Shown here: positions 29,215 to 43,207 of the stretch, one piece after another
Layout of the letters: every line of letters begins with the position of its first letter
Position numbering within the stretch: the stretch's first letter is position 1
Program-made: the position numbers and the translations under genes
The notes under the pieces: generated by a model
Database searches by the model: none
What the model was told of the DNA's origin: nothing
Seen by the model: only the letters and a program-made list of their open reading frames with translations
From: the human T2T-CHM13v2.0 reference genome, Homo sapiens
Assembly (NCBI RefSeq): GCF_009914755.1
Contig: NC_060928.1
Direction: 5' to 3' (one strand)
DNA length: 64,000 bases

Positions 29215-30147
29215 ACATGCCAGTATTTTACCTTTTGTTAAAACAAGTGATTTCCCATCAAACAGGATAATATTTTTTCCCTTTTGAAAAATTCAATTTT
29301 AAAAAGAAACATTTTTGAAGTTTTCTTATGGAAGATAGAAAAAAAGTTAAGTCTCTTTCTACCCTTTCTTTTTTTCTTTATATAGTGCAGATATACACAC
29401 AGAGAAGGGACTTAAAACATTTCTAATCTCCTAGTTTATATACAGTGTGCAAAATATAAGTAAGTATATATTGAAAATATAAAATATTTCATATATGTTA
29501 TCAGGTGGAAATTTAGAATCCAAATTTTCTTAAACTTTAATAACTTGTCTAACAACTCTCTAATAGGGACTAAAAATCAACTCAATATATCATACATTTA
29601 CACTTACAAAGAGTCTTTATCTAGACAACATAATTTTTGGAAAAATAAAGCAAATTCAACTTTATTGGAGTTATTGGACAGATCAGCAAATTGTTATTTT
29701 AAAAAGTTTTCTTGTTTAGGCAATTTGGTAAGTGGTTTCTAGTTATAAACTAGCCACTGTTGATTAACTTGAGAAGGTGAAGCAGGGGAGTTCTGAAGAG
29801 ATTACCTAGAGCTACATAACCCTAAGTTAAGTAAAATTTTCACTTTCATTCTTTTCATTCTCTCATAAACTGGTTGAAAAAACACTGTACTACCAACAAA
29901 GGTGTCAGTTGCTTGTGCTGCCCTGTCTATGTTATGCTCTGAATAGGTCTCGGTAAAGATTATATGGAAATACTATAAAGAATACATAAGGTAAAATACT
30001 AGTCAGAAAGGGTTCAGAAGAAGTTAGCATCAACTGTATGAAAATTCTAGGTAAAGCTAAGTACTATTGAGTTGGAAAAAAGTAATTCTATCATGTTTGC
30101 TTGTTTTCCTCTACTGTTTTTAATGTGATGTTGTAATATATTTTAAA

Positions 30148-30153
30148 AATAAA
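30148..30153 (+). terminator. Candidate distal poly(A) signal of the main CEP44 isoform
   Basis: AATAAA with upstream TGTA (~30132) and downstream GT/T-rich gttgggactttgttt. Confidence 0.65.
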
Positions 30154-30524
30154 ACTTGAAAACGTTGGGACTTTGTTTCATGCCATTCATTACTCATAAC
30201 TTTATATAATTGATACACTCTTCAGGAAGCATAAAAATTAATATAACCTTCTCAATTTTATAAACTACAACACTTTTTGAGCTCAAATAACATTGTAACT
30301 TTGATTTTTACTTTTTAACAGTCCCCAGGTTTGTCTCCTTTCTTTGAAACTGAAGGCATCAAACTGATCAGCGTGGAAGGAAGTGATGTTTATCTTAAGT
30401 CCTAAAGAGTGAACAGAATATAGCCAGGGAAGATGGTTTACGCAAAAGGACTAGCATAAACAAAGGCTTGAAAGGAAGAGCATTTGAAAGAAATTCACTA
30501 GGGCTAGCATACTGAGTGTGCTCT

Positions 30525-30557
30525 GTGTGTGTGTGTGTGTGTATGTGTGTGTGTGTG
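30525..30557. repeat. (TG)n microsatellite, imperfect
   Basis: Direct reading. Confidence 0.95.
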
Positions 30558-33279
30558 GCTAGAGGTCAGTTGACACAGGCCCAAGGGGCAGCTTGTATCT
30601 TATTTACTGAACCATTTAAGCAGCAGAATATGATAACCAGATCTGAGTTTTTGAAGGATTTATTTTACCGCTTTAATATGGAGAATGGGTAAGGGGGCAA
30701 AACTAGAGGCAGAGAAATCAGTGGGAGACTATTACAGTAATCGAAGAAACATAGTAAGAGTGACTTGAATTATGATGACAGTGGAGATGGAGGGAAATAA
30801 TGGGATTTGGAGCAAATGTAGTACTTCCAGTTTAAGGACTATCTTCAATCTAGTATCTGGACTGAGAGATAGCAAAAAGATACTACACTAGTGTTTAATC
30901 TGTTATCTTGCCTAATTGGTTCCGTCTGGAATCTTGTTAGAAGTGCAAAATCTCAAGCCCTGCTCTTGACCTACTTACTACATTAGATTCTTCATTACAC
31001 AAAGAACCCAAAGACATTTGTAGGTACTTTAAGTTCAAGAAATATTAGTTTACATTCACATACTTCTTGTTTTATTATCATAACTAACATTTGAATCTAA
31101 GCCTTCAAATTCAGATTCTCCGGAATTGCTTTTATCTAAATATATACAGCTTCTTGCAATTCACATTTAGTATCTTGGCCTCCTTAGCACCTTTGGTTAG
31201 CGTTTTAGGGTTTTGAGTGCATTTAGTTAAATGATTTTTTTTCCTCAGTCAAATAATATATAAATAGGAATTAAAACATCCTTTCTTCAAAATTAGGTGT
31301 AAGCTTTGTACAAATAACTTGTTTGGTCCTCATCAATAATGATTCTTTACTAAGCATGCACAATTCATACCATTAGCCTCCATCTTTGAAATATCTGTGT
31401 TTATGTTGAAAAATTTCCTAGTTTTTTACTTTTAATTATGTTGCCCAAAGTACAACAGGCAATATTCTGCATACATATTTGTTTTTCTCTATTATGTCAT
31501 AGGGTGACTTTTCTGAAGATATGGAAAGCAATTATTAGAGATCCATGTTTCACATTTAATTTAAAATTCAGTATTATATGGTCTTACAAACTTTTTCTGA
31601 AAATCATTTGTCAAGGAAATCTCATTTGAGTAGTAAAATGAAGTAAATGAAGGAGTAAAAAAAGCATCTTAAGTTTAAGAAAATACAATATTTAGAAAGC
31701 AGTTTCCATAGATGAATTAGGTGCAAAGAGAGCGAGAGGAGAGGAAAACAGAAACCACTAGGAGTTCTTAAACTTTACCCAATCAATATGTATCTTGCTT
31801 CAGATTTGCCATCTTCTGTTTAAGTAAGCTTTGATTTACTGGGTAAGAATCTGATTATTGTTTTTAAATTCTGATCATTGTTTGTTGATATTCACACTAG
31901 GACATTTAAAACAACACCACAGCTGAGGACTTTTAAATGAAGATCAGTAACAAACATCAAAATGTTTAAAATTTATTTATTTTTTCACACTGCCATGAGA
32001 AAGTAGAAAAATGTTTAAAGTTTAAAAGCATTTCAGTATTCCAATTATCCTCTCAATTTCGCACCATTTTTTAAAATCATCATTCTCTTCCACCTTCACT
32101 TTTTATATACTATGCTTTTCCACTTTCTGAATGTGCTGGGCTTTCCATGACTTTACAAATGCTCTTCCATCACCTAAAATGTTCATTTGTTCTCCACTCT
32201 TCATTTCCTATCCTCTGCACCACATTGGCTGGTAGAATTCTACTCATCATAGGGGCTTCAGATTAAACATAACTCCCTCCAAATAATGCCCCCTAGGTCC
32301 CTAGAATAGTTTAGATTCCCTGTTTATGCTATGAAAAGCACCCTGTAATTTTTCTTCATTTCGGTTTGTACATTATAAACCTACTATTTGCAATTGTTGC
32401 TCAAGGTTGTCCTCCCTGCGAAACTATGAGTGTTATGTGAAAAGAGATCCTGAATTTTGTTTACTGATGTATTCTCCATGCTTAGCACAATGCTTGGTAC
32501 ATAGGACATTCTCATTTTATTTTGTGGCTTGACAAACAATTAAGATGTCCTCCCATCCCCCATATTATGATAGAATTCAAATTTTGTAAGCAACTGTTAG
32601 CTGATTTTTAAATTCAATATCTGAAATTAATTTCATTTTAATGTCAACTTTATTGTTATACTACATTTCTGTATTTGGTCACATATTTAAATGTAGAATA
32701 TAGTATGTAGCATTAATGCCCAAGTTGGTAACTTTTAAAATAGTTTCTCCATACTTTAAGCACTGATATTTTTGAGCCTAAATGTGAGATTTTCCTAATA
32801 AAAAGGTGAGGAAATTTAATGATATTTTTGAAAAGTTACTCAAAAAAGTACACAGGTCTCATTTAAAGCACTAAAAGGCAGCAAATTTTTAGAGAAAATG
32901 ATATTTCTGTTTGCGGCAATATGGCATACAAGGTATTAAAAAATATAAAAAACTCCTGCAACAAATCATCAAACATTCTTGAAAAAAATATAATAAATAT
33001 TTATCACAGATATCACAGGAAATTAAAAGAAATCCCTAAAGGCCAAAAGAAGAGGAAGCAGAAATTCAGAGTATTATGCTTGCCTGAAGCAGCAGCTGCC
33101 CTGAGAGATTGTTGATATTAGAAACTAAGGCCTTGAGAGGTTTTCCCCCCTCATGTTTCTGCATCAGCGTTTATTGTGTTATAATTTACATACGATAAAA
33201 TTCACCAATTTCAGTCATACATTCATATAGCCACCACCATATTTAAGATATAGAACATGCCTCTTTGCAGTCATTCCTC

Positions 33280-33910
33280 TGATACCAAACCAGGCACATT
33301 CTGCCCATCCTGCAGTAAGCCAATCACTGAGACAATGAGTTTTGCAGTGGAGAAAAGATTTTATTCATGAGGCAGCCAAGTGAGGAGGTGGGATAACACC
33401 CCTCAAATTCTCCTCCTTGAAGTTGGGGCATTAGGGATATTTGTGGGATAAAGGAGCAAGGCAGTCCAATGCATGGAAAAAGTTAATTGGTGGTAAGGAA
33501 AAGTGAGGTAATTGCTGATCTGTGCGAGTGCAGTTAAGCTTCATGGCTTTTCATAGGATCCACGTTCGCAAGATGGTGTCGTTGGCACAATCTGAGGGTG
33601 GAGTTTTTGGCCTTCTGATGTCAAAAGGGCACTCATTGGGCATTCATACAGGCCATTGGAGGCTCAGTGGAGTCAGCTTGAACTGGACAAGAGCTGATCC
33701 TAATTTCCTGAAAAACAAGCAACTATTAATTACTATGGTGACCTGTACATCAGAGATGTTATCTATAAGGAAACTAGTGGAAGTTTAGTTACATATTGCT
33801 TAGTTGCATTGACTTTTCGCTATGTAGGTTTTAAAATCAACTAGAAGCAAGCGACTACAAACAAGGCAAGTTAAGTTTGATAGGCCTAATTAGGTTAGCC
33901 CTGGGTTTCA
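33280..33910 (-). mobile_element. Solo ERV1-type LTR (MER4 group, LOR1/MER31-like)
   Basis: TG...CA termini; 4-bp flanks cctc/cctt; interrupts L1 sequence. Confidence 0.7.
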
Positions 33911-34420
33911 CCTTGTCCTTCAGCAACCACTGATTTGCATTCCATCATTTTAATGTTGCTGTTGCTAGAGTTTTATATTAATATCATCATACCATATTTA
34001 GTCTTTTGTGTCTGGCTTCTTCCATGTAGCATAATGCTTCTGAGATTCATCCATGTTGTTGTATGTAGTAGTTCATTCCTTTATATGGCCAATGAATATT
34101 TCAGTGTGCTAACATACCACAATTTCATCAGTTGATGGACATTGTGATATGTCCAGTTTGGAGGTATTCCATTTTATAAATCTGCTATGAACACTGGAAC
34201 ATGTGTCTCTGGACACATGTTTTTACCTCTCTTGGGTAAATGCCTAGGAGTGGGATGGCTGGGTCAAATAGTAAAGTTATGATTAAGTTTATGAAAAACT
34301 GCCAAACTCTTTTCCAAACTGGCTGGCCCATTTGCTTTTCCCACTAGCAATGTATGAGAGTTTCAGTTGCTCAGCATCCATACCAACACTTGATTTTGTC
34401 AGTCTTCTAGTGGACGTGTG

Positions 34421-34907
34421 TGGTGTAAACCAAAAGTTAAGGCTCAATGTTATGTACTGTCTTGACATCTGGTAAACTGAGAAGGTTTCAAATGGCCTAA
34501 CCAGAGGATCCCCTCCTCACTCTCCTTCCATGGATAAGGTACCCTAGCCAAACAACCACTCCTTAACAGAGGGACCAGACACTTACCCCTGAGTAGCAGG
34601 GTTTCAGTTCCATGCCAGCTGTGAAATTGTTCCAAGAAACCAATCATATATTCCTGTGGGAACCAGGGGATGTCTCACCCTCTTCATATTACAAAGTCTG
34701 CCTCCCACATCTCCCAGCTGTTCTCTGTTCCCAAATTCAACCCCCATAGAGCAGGCAGTGTCCTCCCCTATAAGCTGTGAGTACATATGACTAATAAGCT
34801 GTTATCAGTTTCATCTGCGTTGTGCTGGGTTTTGTGTTGGGCCTTCCCATAACCCTAGGTGGGAATTCCTCCCTCACCAACATGGTGAATGGGGGGTGAT
34901 TAAAACA
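34421..34907 (+). mobile_element. Solo ERVL-type LTR (LTR47-like)
   Basis: TG...CA termini; perfect 5-bp TSD GTGTG at 34416-34420 and 34908-34912; interrupts L1 sequence. Confidence 0.8.
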
Positions 34908-35210
34908 GTGTGTAATGGTCTCTCATCGTAGTTTTAGCTTACATTTGTCCAAAATGTTGAGCATAAAGTATTTATTTGCCATTAGTATATCTTCTTTGGT
35001 GAAGAGTCTATTCAAAGATATTCCCAATTGTATTTAGGTTGTTTGTCTTCCTGTTGGGTTGTAAAGGGCCTCTATTGAACAGTTTTGCAAAGATTTTCCC
35101 CCACTCTGTGGTTTCTCGTTCATTTCATTAACAGTGTTTTTTAAGGAGCAGAAGTTTTAAATTTTTATAACATCCATTTATAAATTTATTCATCACTGAG
35201 AGAGGGGTGT

Positions 35211-35508
35211 AGCCATGTACAGTCACTCATGCCTGTAATTCCAGCACTTTGGGAGGCTGAGGTAGGAGAATCATTTGAGGCCAGAAGTTCAAGACCAGCC
35301 TGGTCAATATAGCCAGATCCTGTCTCTACAAAAATTTTTTTAAATTAGCCAAGCATAGTGGTATGCACCTGTAGTCCTAGCTACTCGAGAGGCTGAGGTG
35401 GGAAGATAACTTGAGCTGAGGAGGTTGTGGCTTCAGTGAGCTATGAATATATCACTGCACTCCAGCCTGGGTGACAGAGCAAGACCCTGTCTCTAAAAAT
35501 AAGAAAAA
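35211..35508 (+). mobile_element. AluJ, sense
   Basis: gcctgtaattccagcactttgggagg...gagcaagaccctgtctctaaaaa. Confidence 0.92.
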
Positions 35509-36051
35509 GAGAGGTGTTGAAGTCTCCAACTAGAACTGTAGATGAAGACTAAAAAACTTTTATTTTTTCTTTCAGTTCTATCATGTATTTTTAAACCTGT
35601 TTTTAAATGCATAAACATTTAGGACTGCTATTTCTTCATGATAAAGAGACTTATTTCTTATTATGAGTTGGCCCTCTTTATCTCTGGTAATATTCTCTCC
35701 TGATATCTATGTTGTCTGACAGCTATTCCAGATTTCTCTTAGGAAGTGTTACTACAGTATTTATTTCCCATCTTTTTACTTTTAATGTATCTGAGTCTGT
35801 GCATTTAAAGTGGGTTTCCTGAAGATAACGTAATTTGGTCTTGCTCTTTTATCAAATCTAAAAATCTCTGGAATGTTTAGATTATTTACATTTAACTTGA
35901 TTATGGATATGGTTCAAATCTACCACCTTCTTATATTTGTTTTCTGTTTTTATCATTTGTTCTTAGCTGCTTTTTTGCCTCTTTTCCTGAATTATTTTTC
36001 ACTGGATATTTTTTAATGTTTTTTATTTTTTTCTTGGCTTATGAAGTATCC

Positions 36052-36096
36052 TGTGTGTGTATGTGTGTGTGTGTGTCTGTGTGTGTGTCTGTGTGT
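36052..36096. repeat. (TG)n imperfect microsatellite
   Basis: Direct reading. Confidence 0.93.
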
Positions 36097-36799
36097 TTGC
36101 TCCAAGATTTGTAGTATATATATTTAACTTACTATAAGCTACTGTCAAATATTATACTACTCATTTTTCAGTATATATATTTAACTTAATATAGGCTACC
36201 TTCAAATATTATACTACTCATTTTAAGTATAACATAAGAGCCTTACGATAATATACTTTTCATTCTTTCTGCGCCCGCCAAGCCTTTTTTTGTCAAACAT
36301 TGACTTCTACATATGTTATAAACTGCAAAACATTATCATTACTTTTGCTATAAGCAATCCATTATCTTTTTAAAAGGTTTAAATAATTTTTTAAAAGTCT
36401 TTTATATGTGCCAACCTATTTACCATTTCCAGTGCTATTTATTCTTTCATGTAGATCCACATTTCTTCTTGATATAATTTTCCTTCTGCCTGAAGGGTTT
36501 CCTTTAACTTTTCTTGTAATACTAGTTGCTGGTGATGAATTCTGGAAAAGTCTTTATTTCACCTTCATTTTCAAATGAAGGATACAATTTTAGGTGAATA
36601 GGGATTTTTGGTTTTTTTGTTTGTTGTTTTTCATTCTTTTCAGTAATTTAAAGATGGCCCTCCATGGTCTTTTGGTTTGCATTGTTTCTGATGAGAAATC
36701 TACTGTTATTTTTATCTTTGTTTCTTTATGGAATCTGTCTTTTTTTACTTTGTCTGCTTTGCTACATTTGAGATTTCTCATTACCACTGATTTTCAGCA

Positions 36800-37890
36800 A
36801 TTAGAAGAGCTATGTAGAAAAACCAAAATAAACTACAGACAGTTTTTTAGAATTAATAGAATTTGGCACATTTTTAGATATGAGATCAATATATCCAAAC
36901 CAATTTTACTTCTAGATAGGAGCCATAAGTGGACATTTACATATATATGTATATATATATCTACATATATATATAAGTAGTATGTGTGTATACGTGTGTG
37001 TGTGTATATATATGTATATATATATTTAGAGAGAGAGAGAGAGAGAAAAAACAGATAAATGGTATCAAAAAAACAAACGTAATAAAATATGTGCATGAAC
37101 TTTATGTAGAAAATTATTAAACTTATATAAATTAAAAACAAAATATTAAAGAAAACCTAAATAAATGGGTAGACATACCATCTTCGTGTTAGGAAGACTC
37201 AATACAGATTAATTCTTACCCAGATTATAATTTTAATTCAAGTAATCTCAAAGTCTTGACAGTTTTTTTTCCCCCAGAGTCTAAGATTATACATATTAAA
37301 GAAGAGAAAAATAGAAAAGGTAGCTAAGACAACTTTGAGGAAGAAAAACAGGGTGGGGGATTTGTCTTATATTTAAAATTATTTCCTAATTGTAGCAATT
37401 ATAACAATAATTAAATTTTTTATAGCAATTGTTGTAGGGCAAATAGGCTAATTGAAGAGTACAGAGCCCCCAAACAGACTCTACAGAATATGATGTATGA
37501 CAAATACTGTATTACTGACTGTAGTGGGGAATGGATAGATTATTCAGTAAAAAGTTCTAGGAATACCTGGCTATTTATATGGACGGGGTGTGTGTGTGGT
37601 GAATTTAGTCTTGTTTCACACCATTCACAATCATTTTCAGGTAGATTAAAGACATAAATGTGAAAAGAGAAATGAAAGGACTGTAAACAGTAATATCAAT
37701 ACCACCTACAAGCTAAATCTGCATTTTGAAAACTTTTCAGGTGATTATATGAATATTAAAGTTGGAGAAACACTGGTAAAGGAGATTTATCTTTATAACT
37801 TTGGGTGGGAAAATAGTTTTTAAAAAACACAAAATGCACAAACCATAAGAGAAAAAATAAATTTGATATTAAAATTAAATACTTCAACTA
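36800..37890 (+). mobile_element. Old sense L1M ORF2 remnant containing a compound (TA)/(TG)/(GA) microsatellite at ~36940-37046
   Basis: aaagaaaacctaaataaatgg...ggaagactcaata and tcaggtagattaaagacataaatgtgaaa are degenerate L1 ORF2 motifs. Confidence 0.7.
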
Positions 37891-38785
37891 CTAGCTAAAA
37901 GATAGCCTTTTCCCAGAAGTTGTCCCAAATAGGTGTCAGAAAGCTTAACTTAAACTGGCTTAAGCATGAAAGGGGATCAATTGGCTCATTAATCTGATGA
38001 CCAAGGGGGAACTGTAGACAATCCAGAACCCAACATTTCCACCAAGAAGTAGGAAAAGGAGAAAACATCTAAGTTGTGGCCATGTGGCCGTTCCAGTCCC
38101 AAAGGGCTGACTGGTTGGATAACGGAAAGAAAGGAAGAGGATATTGCTGTTTTGAGTAGATGATGGTTACCTAGAATGTTGGCAGTAGTCCAGAAGATAA
38201 CTCAATATAGATAAGGAACTTTTGCTAGTTTTTCTAAGAAATAAATTTTGTATTTCCATAGTAACTATCAGAAGAGACTGGAATTGATACAGTGATTTGT
38301 ACTTGAATGAAAAGCTGCCTCGTAGAATTCCAGGAGGAAGCCAATATCTCGAACAGTGCAATTATAAGACAGTGTTTGAAATGCTGGAGGAAGCTTCAGT
38401 CAAAGCCAGGCCTACCTATGGACTTTTCAGTTCCATGAAGCATTGATTAGAGTCTTATGGTGTATCCAGAAAATTGTCTGTAATTTTTAGGAGCAACTCA
38501 AACTTATTTCTTTCATTTTTTTTCCGTCATGGCAAAGAATTTCTCAACAAATATGATTTTTTAACCATAACACTTTGACATATATAAAAGATATTGTTAA
38601 TTTACAACTCAGGCTAATTAAATTCTGCATAGAAGTTATCAATTATGCTTAACTTTTCAAGCCTAAATCATCCTTTAACAATATAAATTAAAATAGGTTT
38701 CTATTCTGAAATTACATAGAAAAACTTATGATAAACCATTAACATTTAAGATCAGTGTGTACAAGAGTAATGGCAATACTTTTCC

Positions 38786-39090
38786 TTTTCTTTTTTTTCT
38801 TTTAAGACAGAGTCTTTTTCTGTCACCCAGGCAGGAGTACAGTGGCACAATCATAGCTCATTGCAACCTAGAACCCCTTGGCTCAAGCAATCCTCCCACA
38901 GCAGCCACGTGAGTAGCCAGAACTACAGATGTGTGCCACTGCACCTGGATTTTTTTTTATTGGTATTTTTTCGGATTTGGGATCTCACTATGCTGCCCAG
39001 GCTAGTCTCAGACTCCTGGCCTCAAGCAATCTTCCTACCTCATCCTCTGAAAGTGTTGAGATTACAGGTATGAGCCACCAAGCTGGCCCT
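38786..39090 (-). mobile_element. AluJ, antisense
   Basis: Alu dimer; TSD atacttttcc at 38776-38785 and 39091-39100. Confidence 0.92.
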
Positions 39091-39162
39091 ATACTTTTCC
39101 ATTTTATTAGGAAGATGATTCAGGATGAATAGGAAAATATCATGGGAAAGCCCTTTGCTCAA

Positions 39163-39199
39163 ACACAGACACACACACAGACACACACACACACACACA
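39163..39199. repeat. (CA)n imperfect microsatellite
   Basis: Direct reading. Confidence 0.93.
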
Positions 39200-39927
39200 T
39201 TTTAATAGGAGTTAATTATAAGAATTTTTAGAAAAGTTGTTAGCACTTTCCCTCTTAGTACAGTTTTAAGTTGGTTTTACATTGTAAATGTTAAGGAAAC
39301 GTGTTTAAATTGTTTTGATATGCCTTCAAAGTTATAAAAGTTATAAAGTTGTCAATGTTGAAATATATTTGGTATTTTAGCATTATCTTGCTTCCAGGAT
39401 AATGTTCTCACACTTTATAGCTTGAAGAATGTACTTTACTCATGGGAACTAAAAATGTTATGCTTTGAGAAACCAAAGGGGAAAAGTTCAAAAGGTACTT
39501 CATAACTTTTTTTTTTAGGTTTAGAGAAAGGATAAGACTGTTTGGATTATGTTCTTCTCTAATTTAGTTAAAAAAATATTAATGAATATATGTTAACCTT
39601 CAGGCTATCATCATTCTTTCTCAAGATAGATTTATGGTAAAAATAGACTACTGAACTGTCTTGTTAAATTTTTAAAGATGAGTTTGGATGAGTTGCAAAT
39701 AACATCCTCTACCCTTAGGTCAAAAAGAATATGTAAACCAAAATATTTTAGATAGGAATACTTATTATAGTTTCAACTTTCATACTTCGTATTAAAATGA
39801 TTGTATAAGAAAATACAATATTTTTAATGTTTTTATTCAGAATATGTTCTGAATTTGTAACACATGTTCATTTTTTAATTGTTCAAAGTAACACACATTC
39901 ATTTTATTGTCATTAAAATTTTCTTTA

Positions 39928-40344
<417 letters not shown>

Positions 40345-41320
40345 TTATGTGATACATGTAATTTTTATTCTTTTCATGGAAATCATGAATATTTTCCATA
40401 TCATTAAATATATTTTCAAATGCAAAATATGGATTTTAATAACTACAAAATATTCTTTCCTAGAAGTTCAACAAACATTTAATCTTTTATGTGCCAGGCA
40501 TAACACCATAATCTTTTTTATTATAGCATGTGTTTTTTTAATTAAAAAGAAGCATTTCAAAACATTTTCTTAATATACTTCTCTCCAGGGATTATGCCAA
40601 GTATGCACATGAAAGCCTGTTTCTCTTTGATCAAGGGAGCTAGAGGCAACTCATAATCTAATAGTCAGGGGTTCTCAGAATTCATTCTCAACCTCTTTAT
40701 TAACCTACTAAAAATATTTACCATAATCTTTTAAATCATTTTCCTATTGCATATTTTGCTGGTTTATAAAGTTCGTTAATATAAAAAGTACCATGGTAAA
40801 CATATCTACATGTAAATCTTTGATGATATGTATTATTATTTTAGGATGTGCTTTCAGGATATGCAGTGGTTAAGGCACTTGATATCTACTGATGTCTTTA
40901 CACCCATAAAAGGTATACTTTTCTATAGGAATTGTTGTTTAAGTGTATGCTCATCACAATGGAGTATTTTCATTTTTAATTAGTACGTAAATTAGATCTC
41001 ATAATTATGTTACCAATTTTTTAATTAAAGTAAGACAATTGCATAGATTTCTTATTGCCATCACTCCTCACCAATGAGAAAAAAAAAAAAACTCTGAACA
41101 TTTAGCTGTTTATTCTGGTATCTAACAACATATTTCTAAATAATATGATTGTCATTTCTCTTTGTTTGCTTGGTCTTCTTTAGGCATTATTTTCAGAGTA
41201 CCTATTATGGAAGAGGAGGAAATATTAATAGCACTCTGACACTGCTCTAATTCCTATCTACCCATTCTGCCAATGCATTTAGATCATATTTTAATGTATA
41301 ATTTTGTGTTTCCTTTCTAG

Positions 41321-41434
41321 AATTTTCCTGCATGGAGTGCTACATCCTCTTGTTCCAGTCTCAGCTGGCTGCTCCGTGGGCATACTTCATACCTTTCATC
41401 ACAGAGCTTTGCTTGGCCTCTCTCCTGTGTGTAA
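41321..41434 (+). CDS. CEP44: CEP44 alternative distal last exon, coding part (37 aa; gives a 399-aa isoform)
   Basis: Strong acceptor ttttgtgtttcctttctag| ending 41320. In frame with the phase-0 donor at 26129: NFPAWSATSSCSSLSWLLRGHTSYLSSQSFAWPLSCV*. 362+37=399 aa, matching my recollection of a 399-aa CEP44 isoform. Confidence 0.75.
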   Translation, partial: NFPAWSATSSCSSLSWLLRGHTSYLSSQSFAWPLSCV

Positions 41435-43201
41435 TCTCTGTTTCTTGGATCCTGTGCTTACCTTTTCCTGCTGTACTCTGATGTTTCAGTGAAGCTCATC
41501 CACGAAGTCCAGAATTCTGCCTGGAAACCAGCTTCCTCCTCAGCTCCAGCTCTTTTAATGGGCATATCAAAACTGATGACTTTTTCCTTCCTGCTACATG
41601 GGTAACACTTAGTTGTTTGTCTAATTTCTATTTTCCAGAAATTTCTCAAAATGTCTGCTGATAGCCCCTCACTCATATTTTTCATGTGGGTTTATAGCTT
41701 TCATATTTCTTTATTATTGTAAATGGGGGCTGTGGAAGGTGAGAAAACACATGCTTTCTTAAAACAGAAGCTCTCTCCTTCATTAATTTAAATATTTTTA
41801 TCGGCTCTAGAAAATGCATAAGGTTAGTACAAGATCAGTAGAGAGAAAGTCAAAGATTACAGAAGTGCTGAAGCAGACCATTCTTCCTTTCTTCCCAATG
41901 TCTATTAAGATCACACATAGGTAAACTGTTACAAATCCAGAATGGTGAAAGAGTCCAACAATGGCTGAGGGAAGTAGAGGTTAAGATATAGCTCAACAGT
42001 GAAAGTAGCAGGGAAAGAGCTGGGCAAGGCCAAGACCATCTTTTGTACCGTTGGTACAGTAGGCTAAAGGTACGGTGTTCCATATTAAATACAGCAATAT
42101 GAAGAAAAATAAATTAAGTCCCTTATACCTAAGACCTCTATTTCTCTGTTGATTACATACACAGTGGCAATGGAAAGAAGGGAAAATAATGGGGATAGCA
42201 TTTGCTCATTCTCTGACCATGCAACACTGGCAGCATTCTATACTTATTCTATTAACTGCATCAACCACATCTTATAAAACACATTTCCATAGGCCATATG
42301 TAATAGGCCTTGGCTTTATTCATTGCATTTATTGGCTCCTTAAATTGACAACATATAATTGTTTTCATATAATTTTCATCAAATAAAATTCACTTTAATT
42401 TGTATGAACATATTTAAAGTGGAAAGTATCTTCCCAAATGGTCCATATCTTAAAGTGTCAGATATTTTATGGGCTTCACATCTGAACTGCCAGAGATCTC
42501 AGGCATAGCATGCATTAATCACAACCACTTACTGACCTGGTTCAGATACTTACTCAATACATGGGGCTAGACACAGAGTGTGCCTTAGGCTAAAGAAAAA
42601 ATTATTCAAGTTGAGCATATCCATAAACTCTGGCTCAAGCAGTGTATTTTGGGGGTAATAAACACAAGTTTGTTCCTAGTTGGAGGGATATGATGCTTAG
42701 GTTTGAACCTGTTAACCTTCCTGGGTTTGAGGGCTAGAAAACGTGGAGACATTCCTTTCTAACTAACACATTTTCTAATAGAAACAATCCACCAGGATGT
42801 TGAGCCCACATTTTAAGAGTTCTTCGGAATTTACTGAAAATGGAAAACTGATTACATTGGGCACATAGGACATTTATATTTATAGAAACATTTTAGATAA
42901 GACAAGAATTTTAAAAGCCAGAAATCACTTTTAGTGGGCATTTTCAGAAAAATGTTGTCAACTTTTTGTAATTTTTAATAGGCATAAAAAAGATTGTTAT
43001 ATTGATATTGACAGAAATTAGGTGGTTAATTAGAGAGCGTAAAAGGATGAATTGCTCTAACATTGGTTTAGAATTTTTCTTTATATGATTCAATTTTGTG
43101 GTCTGGCAAAGGCCCAATAGTCATTTATCTAGTATGCATACCTTTCCACAGCTGGATTTTCAAATATGATGATAAAGTTCATATGACAGACCTATTCTGA
43201 A

Positions 43202-43207
43202 AATAAA
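43202..43207 (+). terminator. Candidate poly(A) signal for the distal last exon
   Basis: AATAAA followed ~15-30 nt later by U-rich tttgctttattttt. Other AATAAA hexamers (e.g. 42108, 42382) are also possible. Confidence 0.45.

Larger units (their letters stand above)
33160..36800 (-). mobile_element. Antisense L1M fragments hosting two LTRs and an Alu
   Basis: L1 3'-end antisense motifs (gagattcatccatgttgtt, cttgggtaaatgcctaggagtggg, aaactgccaaact) continue across the inserted elements. Confidence 0.75.
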
